From IMG/VR virus record IMGVR_UViG_3300024272_005753: a stretch of 64,000 nucleotides of DNA. One strand, given 5' to 3'. The DNA is from an uncultured virus (IMG/VR IMGVR_UViG_3300024272_005753). Its lineage: Duplodnaviria; Heunggongvirae; Uroviricota; Caudoviricetes. Both the position numbers and the translations under genes were made by a program. Shown here piece after piece: positions 29,862 to 39,695 of the stretch. The notes under the pieces were generated by a model that worked only from the letters and a program-made list of their open reading frames with translations, ran no database searches and was not told where the DNA came from. How positions within the stretch are numbered: the first letter of the stretch is position 1; each line of letters begins with the position of its first letter.

Positions 29862-31226
29862 TTATTTTATAATATCTTTTAATTCCTTAATTGTTTTTAT
29901 TTCTTTTACAACTATTTTAGAGTATTTTTTTGTTGTATTATTTGAAGGAACGACAATTTCTTTAAAGCCCATTCTTTCAAAATCACTGATAATTTTATCT
30001 ATATTGGGGACTTTTTTAATTTCTCCCGTTAGACTAACTTCTCCGACAAATACAATGTCACTTGATAAAGGAATTTTGTTTACGGCAGAATCAATAGCTG
30101 CAACGACCCCCAAACCTATATACGTATCTTTTACTCTTATACCATTACTTGTTTGGACGTATATATCTTTCTTTTTTGTGTTTGAAGATAATTTATTTTC
30201 CATTACCGCTAAAAGAATTTGTAAAAAGTCTTTAGAAACACCTTGAGAAATTCTTGATGGGTATGTAAAATTATTAGACTCTGCTAAAGCGTTTATTTCA
30301 ATTGCTATTGTTCTGCTACCTTCTTTAATTGCTGTAATAGCAGAACCAGAAACAGGAGTCGTTCTTTCTGTAATGAAATATTTATTTGGATTTGTTAATT
30401 CTTGTAATCCTTCTTCTTTCATTTCAAATAATCCAACCTCTGAAGTGTCTCCAAAGCGGTTTTTTGTACTTTTAAACATTCTTAGAACTCCGCTATCATC
30501 ACCAATAGAAAGAGTGAAAACAGCATCTACCATATGTTCAAATTCTCTGCTGCCCCGTAGTTCATCTTCTTTGGTTACTTGTCCAACAAAAAATACGCAC
30601 ATACTTCTGGCCGAATTTTTTGCCTTATTTAAAATTGCGGACGTGCAATGCAGGAGTTGTTTTTCTCCTCCTAGAGTACCGTCACAATCGTTACTAAATA
30701 GCATTTGAATGCTGTCAATTATTAGAAATTCTGGAGAAACCATGTCTATTGTTGCTAAGATAGTCTCCAAATTGGTTTCTGATTTTATATATATATTTTC
30801 CGAAATATTTGTTAATATTCTTTCTGCTCTCAGCTTTATTTGGGATTCGCTTTCTTCTCCCGCTATATATAATACAATATATCCTTTATTGGCTAAAGCT
30901 TGAGAAACCGATAGTAAAAGTGTACTTTTACCCGTGCCTGGTGGTGCCGAAATGACATTTACAGAGTCTGCTACTAATCCGCCACCAACCACTCTATCAA
31001 ATTCACCAATGTCTGTTTTGAGAAGGTTGCTCGTGTTTGAGGCAATAACTTCTTTTAATTTATTTGCCTTAGTATTTTTGCTTGTAATTCTATTTGTTGA
31101 AACGGGGGGCTCTAAAACTTCTTCTTCCATTGTTCCAAAAGATTTACAACTTGGGCATTTTCCATATTGAGTTGCGGATTTATATCCACATTCTGAACAA
31201 ACATAATTTGTATTCTTTTTAGCCAT
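29862..31226 (-). CDS. radA: DNA repair protein RadA/Sms
   Basis: Zn finger CSECG...CPSC; Walker A APPGTGKS; IIDSIQ; KNRFG; Lon-like C-terminal domain (GEVSLTGE). Confidence 0.92.
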   Translation of the reverse strand: MAKKNTNYVCSECGYKSATQYGKCPSCKSFGTMEEEVLEPPVSTNRITSKNTKANKLKEVIASNTSNLLKTDIGEFDRVVGGGLVADSVNVISAPPGTGKSTLLLSVSQALANKGYIVLYIAGEESESQIKLRAERILTNISENIYIKSETNLETILATIDMVSPEFLIIDSIQMLFSNDCDGTLGGEKQLLHCTSAILNKAKNSARSMCVFFVGQVTKEDELRGSREFEHMVDAVFTLSIGDDSGVLRMFKSTKNRFGDTSEVGLFEMKEEGLQELTNPNKYFITERTTPVSGSAITAIKEGSRTIAIEINALAESNNFTYPSRISQGVSKDFLQILLAVMENKLSSNTKKKDIYVQTSNGIRVKDTYIGLGVVAAIDSAVNKIPLSSDIVFVGEVSLTGEIKKVPNIDKIISDFERMGFKEIVVPSNNTTKKYSKIVVKEIKTIKELKDIIK

Positions 31227-31356
31227 TTAAAAGACCTCTCAATCTATATATACTTATTATTTACACAAAAAAATAGTAATATAAATATATATCTTGTAAT
31301 GTTTTTATTATGAACATTATATCATATTTTGAAAGATAAATCAAGGAGGGATTGGA

Positions 31357-32190
31357 TTGAGAAGAAATATTACTTTAATATTAATGCTATCCTGCTTTAT
31401 AATGATGCTATCTGGATGTGGGAAAACCGAAACTGTTAATTATAATTTTGATGCAGAAATAGAAAAAATAATATCTGTTGATGCATATGATGAAAATTTG
31501 TTAGATAAAGAACTGCAAGATTCATTAAAAAAAGACGCCGTTAATGAGGACTTAGCGTTAGTCGATACCAGTCTAATAGGTTATGAACAGGCAGCGAATA
31601 AATTACCGCTTGAGGCTATGTTTGACAAACCAGATGGGTTTTATGATGACAAAACTTTTGATTGGTTGGGTGAAAAATGGAGCGTTACAGCATTCGTAAA
31701 TTCTAATAATTTGGAAACTACTGCTATACGTTTACAGTTGGGGTTTGACCCTCAAGACAAAGAATATGCGCAAAGAAAGATTCGTGAATTATCTGATAAG
31801 TTTTTAATGGAATACGGTACAATTCGTCATTATAGTAATATCTATGAATACGATTTGGAAGAAACAAATGATACTCCGATAGAAATTGTAGCAAGTATAG
31901 AAGAGGCTTTTATTACCTATAGGGTTTATTTGTATAATTCAGATAGTGGGAAATTCCCGTGCGTGCAAATTTTCTTTACCAGCAAAGATGGGCTTCATGA
32001 CGTTGATAATAGTGATTTAGCTATGGAAGTTAGATATCTTAAAAATGTGGTAGACAAAGAGGACGAAGAAGTTTTGTTAAAAACAATAAGGCTTAGTCCT
32101 AGCGCTGGTTATATTGTTGATGAACCAAAATCAAAAGAAAATATGACTCCTGAAGACAAATTAGTATCTGGAGGGGTTTTTTACAACTAA
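31357..32190 (+). CDS. Lipoprotein, hypothetical
   Basis: Lipobox LSGC; RBS AAGGAGG. Confidence 0.7.
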   Translation: MRRNITLILMLSCFIMMLSGCGKTETVNYNFDAEIEKIISVDAYDENLLDKELQDSLKKDAVNEDLALVDTSLIGYEQAANKLPLEAMFDKPDGFYDDKTFDWLGEKWSVTAFVNSNNLETTAIRLQLGFDPQDKEYAQRKIRELSDKFLMEYGTIRHYSNIYEYDLEETNDTPIEIVASIEEAFITYRVYLYNSDSGKFPCVQIFFTSKDGLHDVDNSDLAMEVRYLKNVVDKEDEEVLLKTIRLSPSAGYIVDEPKSKENMTPEDKLVSGGVFYN

Positions 32191-32211
32191 TTAGTAAAGG
32201 AGGCACACAAC

Positions 32212-33669
32212 TTGAAAGTAGGTATTTATTCTAATAATGCACAAGTAAACACCGCTTTGGTGAGTATGTGTGCTAGTTGTGGATGCAAAGTTCAAAAGAT
32301 TTTAACGTATAATAAAGAACAGTTTAAAGGTTCTGATATGGTTTTAATTGACCTGGATAATTGCAATGATGGCAAAGACGTATTGGAAAACGATGTTCAA
32401 ACAATGCCCGAAATAGTTTTTATTGGGATAAGCAAAGATTTGGATTTGCTTGATACTTATCGAGGGATAATGAATGTTGAAAGAAAACCATTTTCCAACA
32501 AGGTTTTTAAACACTACAAAGACTTGGTTCTGAAAAGACTTGAAACAACTATTGTTATTACAAAAGAAGAAAATCGTATATATGATGAATTTGGTATAAA
32601 CTTAGGAGCAACATTCAGCAACTCAAATATTGCAATCGAAGAGCGATTATCTGTTTTAAAGAGTACTATTAAAGATAAGTCTAATTACGATTCTGAAGCA
32701 GTATTCTTAAAGAAAATTGGCTTAGACCAAGTAGAATATAGAGAGGGGAAAAAGATTCCTCTAGAAATTCTTGACATTGAAAAAGAGATTCATAAAGACG
32801 CAATTGTAAGATACAGAATTCGAAAACTAAAAATGATGAATCTTTCAAATAAAGATGTTGATGATAAGATTAATGAAATTATCAATGCTAACATAAACGT
32901 TTCAATAAATAGGCCTAAGATATCTTCTGGTGAACAAGATATTTTAAGTAAGCTTAGAAGACGGGGAGAACGAGGTAGGAGTTTCCAAGAAAGGAAAAAA
33001 GAACTTGAGCGAAATAGGGAAACTAAAATCAATGAAATTCCAGGAAATGAAAAACAAATAATTGCAGAACCGCCCGCAAAAAAGCCCGAGCCAGTAAATG
33101 ATAAAATAGTTGAGACACCAAAAGAAGAGACGAAAAAGCCTGTTCTTAACAAACCAATATTAAGTAATGATGGACCTCCATTAAAGAAGCCCGATGCGAT
33201 AAAACGGCCGATGGTTTCTTTGGGAGCCAAAGATACAAAAGAAGAAAAAACAGAACAAAAACCATCTGTTTCTGAGCCTCCTAAAAGGCCAACATTTGCA
33301 AAACCACAGCTTTTGCTTGATAATGATATTAAAACTGATGAACAAGAAACTAAACAACCTGAAAAATCCGTTTCTAAACAAACGTCGCAAGCGGACGATG
33401 ATGCATTGGCAAAGTTTAGAGCTGATAAGGAAAGTGGCAGAAGAAAATTAGAAGAAAGAAAAGCCCAATTATCTTCAAATCAGCACAATAAAACTAATAC
33501 AATGAATATAAGTGAAGATAGAATAATAAAAGATAATAGCGAGAATGCGTTTGGAGAATCATTAGTTGATAGAATGCATGAACAAATTGGGTATATAAAT
33601 ACACATAAAAAACCCAGAAGGGAAACTGCGCATGATATTGCTAATAAAAAATCTAAACCACCTCGTTAA
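32212..33669 (+). CDS. Hypothetical protein with receiver-like N-terminus and long Pro/Lys/Glu-rich tail
   Basis: DMVLIDLD, IVFIG and RKPF resemble a CheY fold that lacks the N-terminal acidic pair. Confidence 0.5.
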   Translation: MKVGIYSNNAQVNTALVSMCASCGCKVQKILTYNKEQFKGSDMVLIDLDNCNDGKDVLENDVQTMPEIVFIGISKDLDLLDTYRGIMNVERKPFSNKVFKHYKDLVLKRLETTIVITKEENRIYDEFGINLGATFSNSNIAIEERLSVLKSTIKDKSNYDSEAVFLKKIGLDQVEYREGKKIPLEILDIEKEIHKDAIVRYRIRKLKMMNLSNKDVDDKINEIINANINVSINRPKISSGEQDILSKLRRRGERGRSFQERKKELERNRETKINEIPGNEKQIIAEPPAKKPEPVNDKIVETPKEETKKPVLNKPILSNDGPPLKKPDAIKRPMVSLGAKDTKEEKTEQKPSVSEPPKRPTFAKPQLLLDNDIKTDEQETKQPEKSVSKQTSQADDDALAKFRADKESGRRKLEERKAQLSSNQHNKTNTMNISEDRIIKDNSENAFGESLVDRMHEQIGYINTHKKPRRETAHDIANKKSKPPR

Positions 33670-33709
33670 TTATAAAAATATAAAAAATAAAAAAGGAGGG
33701 TAATGTTCT

Positions 33710-34477
33710 ATGGCATTACAAAAAGATGTTGCTGCTAAAATGAAGCAGTATCAGAAAGAGAAGACAATTTTAACTGGCGTTGTCAAGGTTGCTCAAGTCA
33801 ATCGAGACAAAAATAGAGAGGAACTAATCGTTGATATTGATGGTGTTAGAGGTCTTATTCCTAAGGAAGAGATTGATATGTCTTTTACCTTTAAGTCTTT
33901 AATTACCTTTGTTGGCACTACCGTTAAGGTTGTAGTTCAGAATGTTCCTGCTAATGGAGATTTTGTTATCTGCTCCAGAGCGGAAGCTCAGAAGTTAATG
34001 GCTCCTAAGATTTTGAGCCGTCTAGAAGATGGTGAATTCTTTGAGGGCAAGATTATCAATATTTTACCTTATGGTGCTTATATTGATATTGATGGTGTAG
34101 TTGGTCTTTTAAAGAATACCGATTATGCTGAGGACTATACATCTATTAAGGAAATGCATCACGTTGGTGATACCATTCAAGTTAAGATGAAGGGTCGTTC
34201 TTCAAATGAAAAACTTTTATTTGAAGCTGTTACTAAGTATGTTAGTCCTACTGTTATTACCAGAGAAAGCCTTGAACCAGGTCAAATTATTTATGGTGTA
34301 GTGAGAAGTGTTCAGCCTTGGGGTGTATTTGTTAATATTCTTCCAAACCTTGATGCTCTCGTGGATTCTGAGTTCGCTGATATTCAGGAAGACCAGAAAG
34401 TTGCAATCAGAATTAAGTCTATTAAGCAGGATGATGACAAGTTTAAGGTTCGTGGTAAGATTGTAAGCATTCAGTAA
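33710..34477 (+). CDS. Multi-S1-domain RNA-binding protein (ribosomal protein S1-like, 3 domains)
   Basis: GVRGLIP, GKIINILPYGAYIDIDGVVGLL and GVVRSVQPWGVFVNI repeats. Confidence 0.85.
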   Translation: MALQKDVAAKMKQYQKEKTILTGVVKVAQVNRDKNREELIVDIDGVRGLIPKEEIDMSFTFKSLITFVGTTVKVVVQNVPANGDFVICSRAEAQKLMAPKILSRLEDGEFFEGKIINILPYGAYIDIDGVVGLLKNTDYAEDYTSIKEMHHVGDTIQVKMKGRSSNEKLLFEAVTKYVSPTVITRESLEPGQIIYGVVRSVQPWGVFVNILPNLDALVDSEFADIQEDQKVAIRIKSIKQDDDKFKVRGKIVSIQ

Positions 34478-34491
34478 AGGAGGTTGTCAAA

Positions 34492-35421
34492 ATGGGAAAT
34501 TACATAACTAATACTTTTGATGGCTATTCTTTTGGTGCTGATTATAAGCAGGTTTTCCAAAATAAACCTGTTACTACCTTAATGCACGAAGAAATCATTC
34601 GTATGCGTTTTAATGGTTTGATTACCGACGATGACCTGAAGGTTATTAAATTTATTTTTGATTTTAAATTTGCTACTCCTGGGATTATTGCTGATTATTT
34701 AAATACTCAGGAGACAATTGAAAATATAACTAATAGATTGGATAGACTGGTTAAGAATCGCATTCTTAATAAGTTTATGTTGGCAATGATTCCTGAGGAT
34801 TCTATTCCTGCAGATGCTCTTTGCATTTATTGCTTAGACCTTGGGGGCAAGACATTATTGTCTCAGTATTCTCATTGCGATATTGCAAACTGGAATACTA
34901 CAAAAAATAACTGGAGTTCCGATAATATCGGATATGCTTTAGTAACTGCAAACTTTTATGTTCGATTGTTAAAAACTTGCCCTGGCAAACTTGAATATTT
35001 CAAGTCTTGCCCCGAATACAGAATTAATAAGATGGTAGTAATTCCTTCCTTTGAATTTTGTATTAAAGTAAATGGTATGCGCAAGTATTTTATTGGTGAA
35101 ATTGTTCGTGACTTTGATATTCCTATTGGATTTAGAACTAAGTGTGAAAAGTTGGAGAGTATTCTATGTACAAAGGCATGGATGAAATATTTCCATGATG
35201 CTGATGGGGTTCCTCCTGTTCTTTTCTTAATCGGAGAGAATGATTCTGTTGTTCTTGAAGCTGCTCAAATCATTTCTAATGTATCTGGTATTGGAGCATT
35301 TAGATTAACAACAGATGAACGAACTAAAAAGCTTCTCAACGAAGGCGGAGCATTCTTGAAGTATGATGTTGAAAATAATCTTCTAAAACCTATCAAAGCT
35401 TCTACTTTTGACCCAGAATAA
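34492..35421 (+). CDS. Replication-relaxation-like protein (wHTH + degenerate PD-(D/E)xK fold)
   Basis: ITDDDLKVIKFIFDFKFAT...RLDRL...IYCLDLGG wHTH; IPS...FIGEIVR. Confidence 0.5.
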   Translation: MGNYITNTFDGYSFGADYKQVFQNKPVTTLMHEEIIRMRFNGLITDDDLKVIKFIFDFKFATPGIIADYLNTQETIENITNRLDRLVKNRILNKFMLAMIPEDSIPADALCIYCLDLGGKTLLSQYSHCDIANWNTTKNNWSSDNIGYALVTANFYVRLLKTCPGKLEYFKSCPEYRINKMVVIPSFEFCIKVNGMRKYFIGEIVRDFDIPIGFRTKCEKLESILCTKAWMKYFHDADGVPPVLFLIGENDSVVLEAAQIISNVSGIGAFRLTTDERTKKLLNEGGAFLKYDVENNLLKPIKASTFDPE

Positions 35422-35486
35422 TTAAATATAAAAAAAACGAAACCCCACGATGAGAATCGTGGGGTTTCTTATATTTGTAGCAGATA

Positions 35487-37709
35487 TTACTTCTGCATGA
35501 GCAGCATACGTACCTGCTTAACCAGTTCCTTAGAAATATCCTGAGGAGCGCAAGAGATGAGGTTCTTCTCATACATTTCCTTGTACTCACTCATAGTATT
35601 TCGACGGAAACCTTCGTCGCCAAAGAAAATAGCGATAACCTTGATACCTGCCTTACGAGCATTCTTAACGGCAGTCTTAACGTCGTTGATTGCCTGAGAA
35701 TGACTGCGATAGTCAGAAGGCAAACCGTCGGACAAAACCATCAGAATCTTATTCTGTTCCGAGCGCTTCATCAGTTCAGCAGTTGCAACCTTGATGGAGT
35801 AACCATCTTTGTTGCCGCCGCTGAAGCTGCGGCTGGTGCCGTAAGAATAAGCGTAATTGCGAACAGTATCACGGTCTTCAAACTTCTTAACCTGGAAATG
35901 CTTTACACAGTTTCCTTCAGTTGTGAAGTTAGTAATCTTCATTGGCATGAGGGGCTTCAGAGCCTCTTCGATGATGGCACAAGCCATGGTAGAGCGCTTC
36001 TGCTTTTCGCCGCACATAGAACCAGAACCGTCCCAAACAATGCTTACGCAAGAATCTACGTTAAGAGGGTTGCCCTTCTTTTCGAAAATTCTGAAGTCAT
36101 TAGTACCAACTCTGTGGATGGACTTCTTGTTGAGTCTGCCAGAATGCTGGTCAGCGAGGTCGAAAGCTTCCTGCTCACGGAAGAAAGCTTCAAGCTGCTT
36201 ACGAAGCATGCGACCCTGCTTGCGAATTTCATCAGGAGCAGGGAGGCTCACATTTACGTTTACAGCGTCGTAACCTTCGACATGGGGGTCATCATAACCT
36301 TCGCGGATGCTTTCGATATCAGCGGAGCTGAGGTCTTCAGATGCGGCTTCTTCTGCCTCAATCTTCTTGGACTGAGAGGTGTATTCCTTAGCAGCGGATT
36401 CCATACCTTCTTCGATAGCTCTGTCAATTTCTGCTTTTACGGCTTCGTTGACTTCGTTGATATCAGGAGTGCTTCCATCGGCCTGCTTGTTGCCAGAAGA
36501 AGTGCCCTGTCCGTTGTTGTCAGCGTTCTGGCCAGAAGAATCTTCACCATCTTCGCTGCCACCACGTTCGGCATGGTCGGGAGCTTCGCGCTTCGCTGCG
36601 AACGGGTCCTTGGAATAATCCTTACCTTCTTCACCAGAAGAGGAACCCTTGGACTTGTCTTCGCCCTCCTTACCATCTTTACCGTCCTTGCCTTCTCCAT
36701 CCTTGGATTCGCCGTCTTCGCCGTCCTGGTCTCCGTTACCAGCGCCAGTGCCATCCTGCTTCTTATCGGACTTCTTGCCTGCCTGACCTTTACCATTGCC
36801 CTTTCCAGATTTGCCAGGGACACTGATATGGACAGAGAGAGAATCTCCATCGAGGTCAGAATCGGGGCGCTCAAGAGCATTCTTGTTCTGGAAATCGACG
36901 AATTCTGCCAGAAGCTCCATGATTTCCTGCATTGTGGCAGCATCTTCAATCTCGACTAGCAGAAGCTTTTCGAGATAAGGCTTCAGCTTAAGGATAATTC
37001 TCTGAAGCTTTTTAGTAGCTACCAGAGGGCCAGCAATGTTGATGAATTCTGCCACGTCCTTACGAACCAGGTCGACGTTATCGCGGAGTTCCTGGTCGAG
37101 CTTGTCGTAGTACTGAGGGTCTACACCACTGGTTGCCAGATAGCAAAGACACATCATCAGATTGACAACGTTACTCTTTGCAGGAGTATCTGCCATTTTC
37201 CAAAAAGTACCATTCAGGAACTTCAGGTACTTTGCGGAACCAGGATACTTATTGACCACAAAGTGCTCACAACGACCGTCTTCCAATGCATTGTTTAACT
37301 GAGCGGCGATTCTACGTACAACGAGAGGCAACATCTTCTTGCCAGTAGGAGAAAGCTTGGGCTCAAGGTTACTAAATTCCATGATTGCCCAATCCTGGAA
37401 TTTCTTGAACTGACTGAAAGAGCTGAAAAGCAAATGGCTAGTCTCGTGGATGAGCAACGCCATACCCATCATCCATACTTCCATAAAAGTAAAGTTGATG
37501 CCTGCCTTCTTGGAAGCTTCCTTGTGGCCAGGATGGGATTCTAGAGTGAATTCGGGGATGCCAACCGTCACGCCACGGCCATCGGTAAAACTACCGCCAC
37601 CGTAGGGAACGTTGAGACGCAGGTCATGGCGACCTGTCATCATGCACATCTTTCTGAATCCAATCTGCTTCAGCTGGTTCAAAAGTTTCTTCATTTCCTT
37701 GTCTGTCAT
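35487..37709 (-). CDS. CobT-like vWA protein with N-terminal HExxH domain
   Basis: HETSH and NALEDGRCE; acidic Gly-rich linker; SGRLN; MIDAS DGSGS; LSDGLP. Confidence 0.85.
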   Translation of the reverse strand: MTDKEMKKLLNQLKQIGFRKMCMMTGRHDLRLNVPYGGGSFTDGRGVTVGIPEFTLESHPGHKEASKKAGINFTFMEVWMMGMALLIHETSHLLFSSFSQFKKFQDWAIMEFSNLEPKLSPTGKKMLPLVVRRIAAQLNNALEDGRCEHFVVNKYPGSAKYLKFLNGTFWKMADTPAKSNVVNLMMCLCYLATSGVDPQYYDKLDQELRDNVDLVRKDVAEFINIAGPLVATKKLQRIILKLKPYLEKLLLVEIEDAATMQEIMELLAEFVDFQNKNALERPDSDLDGDSLSVHISVPGKSGKGNGKGQAGKKSDKKQDGTGAGNGDQDGEDGESKDGEGKDGKDGKEGEDKSKGSSSGEEGKDYSKDPFAAKREAPDHAERGGSEDGEDSSGQNADNNGQGTSSGNKQADGSTPDINEVNEAVKAEIDRAIEEGMESAAKEYTSQSKKIEAEEAASEDLSSADIESIREGYDDPHVEGYDAVNVNVSLPAPDEIRKQGRMLRKQLEAFFREQEAFDLADQHSGRLNKKSIHRVGTNDFRIFEKKGNPLNVDSCVSIVWDGSGSMCGEKQKRSTMACAIIEEALKPLMPMKITNFTTEGNCVKHFQVKKFEDRDTVRNYAYSYGTSRSFSGGNKDGYSIKVATAELMKRSEQNKILMVLSDGLPSDYRSHSQAINDVKTAVKNARKAGIKVIAIFFGDEGFRRNTMSEYKEMYEKNLISCAPQDISKELVKQVRMLLMQK

Positions 37710-37800
37710 ATTTTTTATCCTCCTTAGTATTCTTACCATTTTTGTTTTGAGCTTAATATATTATATAATTAAGCTTCATGAATTATCTAATATAAATCAC

Positions 37801-37828
37801 AAAAACCAAGACCGAAGTCTTGGTTTTT
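37801..37828. terminator. Intrinsic terminator between the AAA+ and vWA genes
   Basis: AAAAACCAAGAC-cgaa-GTCTTGGTTTTT (UUCG loop on the minus strand). Confidence 0.8.
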
Positions 37829-37839
37829 GTTTTCTGTGG

Positions 37840-39651
37840 TTACTTAATCATCAGGTCTACGATGCTCTTAACCGCTTCGCGGTCTTCAACATCACGAATC
37901 TTAGGAACGATGGTGCTCATGATAGCACTCTTGATATCGTTACCCAGAGCGATGTTCTGTGCAGCGTAGATGAATGCACGCTGAGAGAAGCTGCGCTCCT
38001 GAATCTCTACACCACGAACACCCTTCAGCTTCTTGTAAAGCTCGTTAAGAATCTTTACGGCCTTAGCGGGAAGAGTAGGAACTTCCTGCTTCAGGATTTC
38101 TGCGATGTTGTCAGGTGCCTCGAACTCGATTACGTGCCAACGGTCCTCAAAGGCGAGGTTCAGCATGCTGGTACCAGCATATTCTGCACCTTCGTTCATA
38201 GTGGCAGTAAAAATAACGTCGTCATTGACTTCGATATTCTTATAACCATTGATGAGGATGTTACGGCGCTTATCGAGGGCGCTGTGGAGAGAAGATGTCA
38301 CAGTAGGACGAAGAGTGTTTACCTCGTCCAGATTGATGAGAGAAGGCTTCTCGAGGGCCTTAGTAAGGATGGAGGGCTCGAACTCAATCTGTGCGGTCTG
38401 AGAACGCATAGCGTCAAACAGAACAGAATAGTCGATATCGCCACCATTTTCCTTAATGGTCTCAATCTGCTCTTCAACGGAAGCGTTAGCGAACGCTTCC
38501 TTATCAATCTTTGCATTTGCGATAGCATCGATGAAAGATGCAAACGCAGCATTTACTGCATCAGGAGAAGGACACTCCTCGCTTGGCTTCATGGACAGAT
38601 AACCGTACAGGCCTTCCTCATCCACACCTGCGGAACAGGTCTTATCGATGAGGTTCAAATCCATGAGGTTGGCAAAGGTGGTAATGAACATGTTCTTACC
38701 ACTACCAGCGGGGCCAACCAGAAGCAGGTTACCCTTGGCGTAAGAGAAGGCGATAGCATTCTCTACTTCCTTGCCATGCGGGATGTAACAAGGAGCAAAC
38801 TCCACGATGTCCTTATGTCCTTCCATCTTCTTCACGAAGAGAGCGATTGCGTATTCAGCAACGCCGACATTCTTCAGCCAGTCGATGCGCTTCTGAACTT
38901 CGGCAGCATCTGCTTCAGCAAAGGACTTCAGAAGCTTATCGTAGTCCTTAGAAGGAGCAGCGACAGCGGCAACCTCTTCCTTCACTTCAACGGTGATGGT
39001 TACAGGGAATACCAGACCATCTACGAACTTAACCTCTGCGGAAGTGTTCTTAGATACCTTCATCGCAGAAACGATATCAGCAACGTTGTCCAGCTTGATA
39101 CCCTTAGCATTTAGGGTAGTCTTTGCAGTAGAGGAAATCTCTGCGGTAGCCATACCGCAAGGAACCTCGTTGTAGTCAAAGACGATGGACTCGTCGTTTT
39201 CAATCTTGGCCACGACAGGAACGGAGCCATTCTTGCGGGAAGCGGAAGCAACCTGCATACGATTAGGGTAGTTGAGCTTATTGCCAGCCAACAGGGTCCA
39301 GTAAGTCTTGGTTACAGTTCCACTGGTAGGAGCAGCGGCTTCCTTAACAGGAATGCCCACCAGAAGAGGGTCAATAGATGTAACCTTAACCAAGTCACCT
39401 TCGGCAACCATATTGAAGACATCCTTTGCCATAGGATATCCATTTGCCGTAGAAGGACGGGCCGCAACGAAACCCACCTCATTGCCATCGGCGGTTTCGA
39501 GCTTGATTGCATAAGGGTCTTCCTTGTAAGTGTTCAAACGAACAACCAGACTATCGCTGGTAGTCAGTCCCTTTGCCATGCTCTTACTAGCGGGTCCAAC
39601 AACGCGAACCTCCTGAATTTCTACGGTATTGTTTTTCTTAGTTCTAGCCAT
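37840..39651 (-). CDS. MoxR-superfamily (CbbQ/NorQ/CobS-like) AAA+ ATPase with HIRAN-like N-terminus
   Basis: Walker A GPAGSGKN; Walker B INLDEVN; ATMN; LNLAFEDRW; N-terminal DPYAIKL...GNEVGFV. Confidence 0.85.
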   Translation of the reverse strand: MARTKKNNTVEIQEVRVVGPASKSMAKGLTTSDSLVVRLNTYKEDPYAIKLETADGNEVGFVAARPSTANGYPMAKDVFNMVAEGDLVKVTSIDPLLVGIPVKEAAAPTSGTVTKTYWTLLAGNKLNYPNRMQVASASRKNGSVPVVAKIENDESIVFDYNEVPCGMATAEISSTAKTTLNAKGIKLDNVADIVSAMKVSKNTSAEVKFVDGLVFPVTITVEVKEEVAAVAAPSKDYDKLLKSFAEADAAEVQKRIDWLKNVGVAEYAIALFVKKMEGHKDIVEFAPCYIPHGKEVENAIAFSYAKGNLLLVGPAGSGKNMFITTFANLMDLNLIDKTCSAGVDEEGLYGYLSMKPSEECPSPDAVNAAFASFIDAIANAKIDKEAFANASVEEQIETIKENGGDIDYSVLFDAMRSQTAQIEFEPSILTKALEKPSLINLDEVNTLRPTVTSSLHSALDKRRNILINGYKNIEVNDDVIFTATMNEGAEYAGTSMLNLAFEDRWHVIEFEAPDNIAEILKQEVPTLPAKAVKILNELYKKLKGVRGVEIQERSFSQRAFIYAAQNIALGNDIKSAIMSTIVPKIRDVEDREAVKSIVDLMIK

Positions 39652-39695
39652 GTTTTTTTCCTCCCATTAAAATCTTTTGTTTTTTGGATACTAAA

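Noticed and set aside
35700..39114. Long + strand ORFs of 419 aa and 500 aa
   Set aside because: They are antisense shadows of the vWA and AAA+ genes caused by biased codon usage; no RBS and no recognisable motifs.
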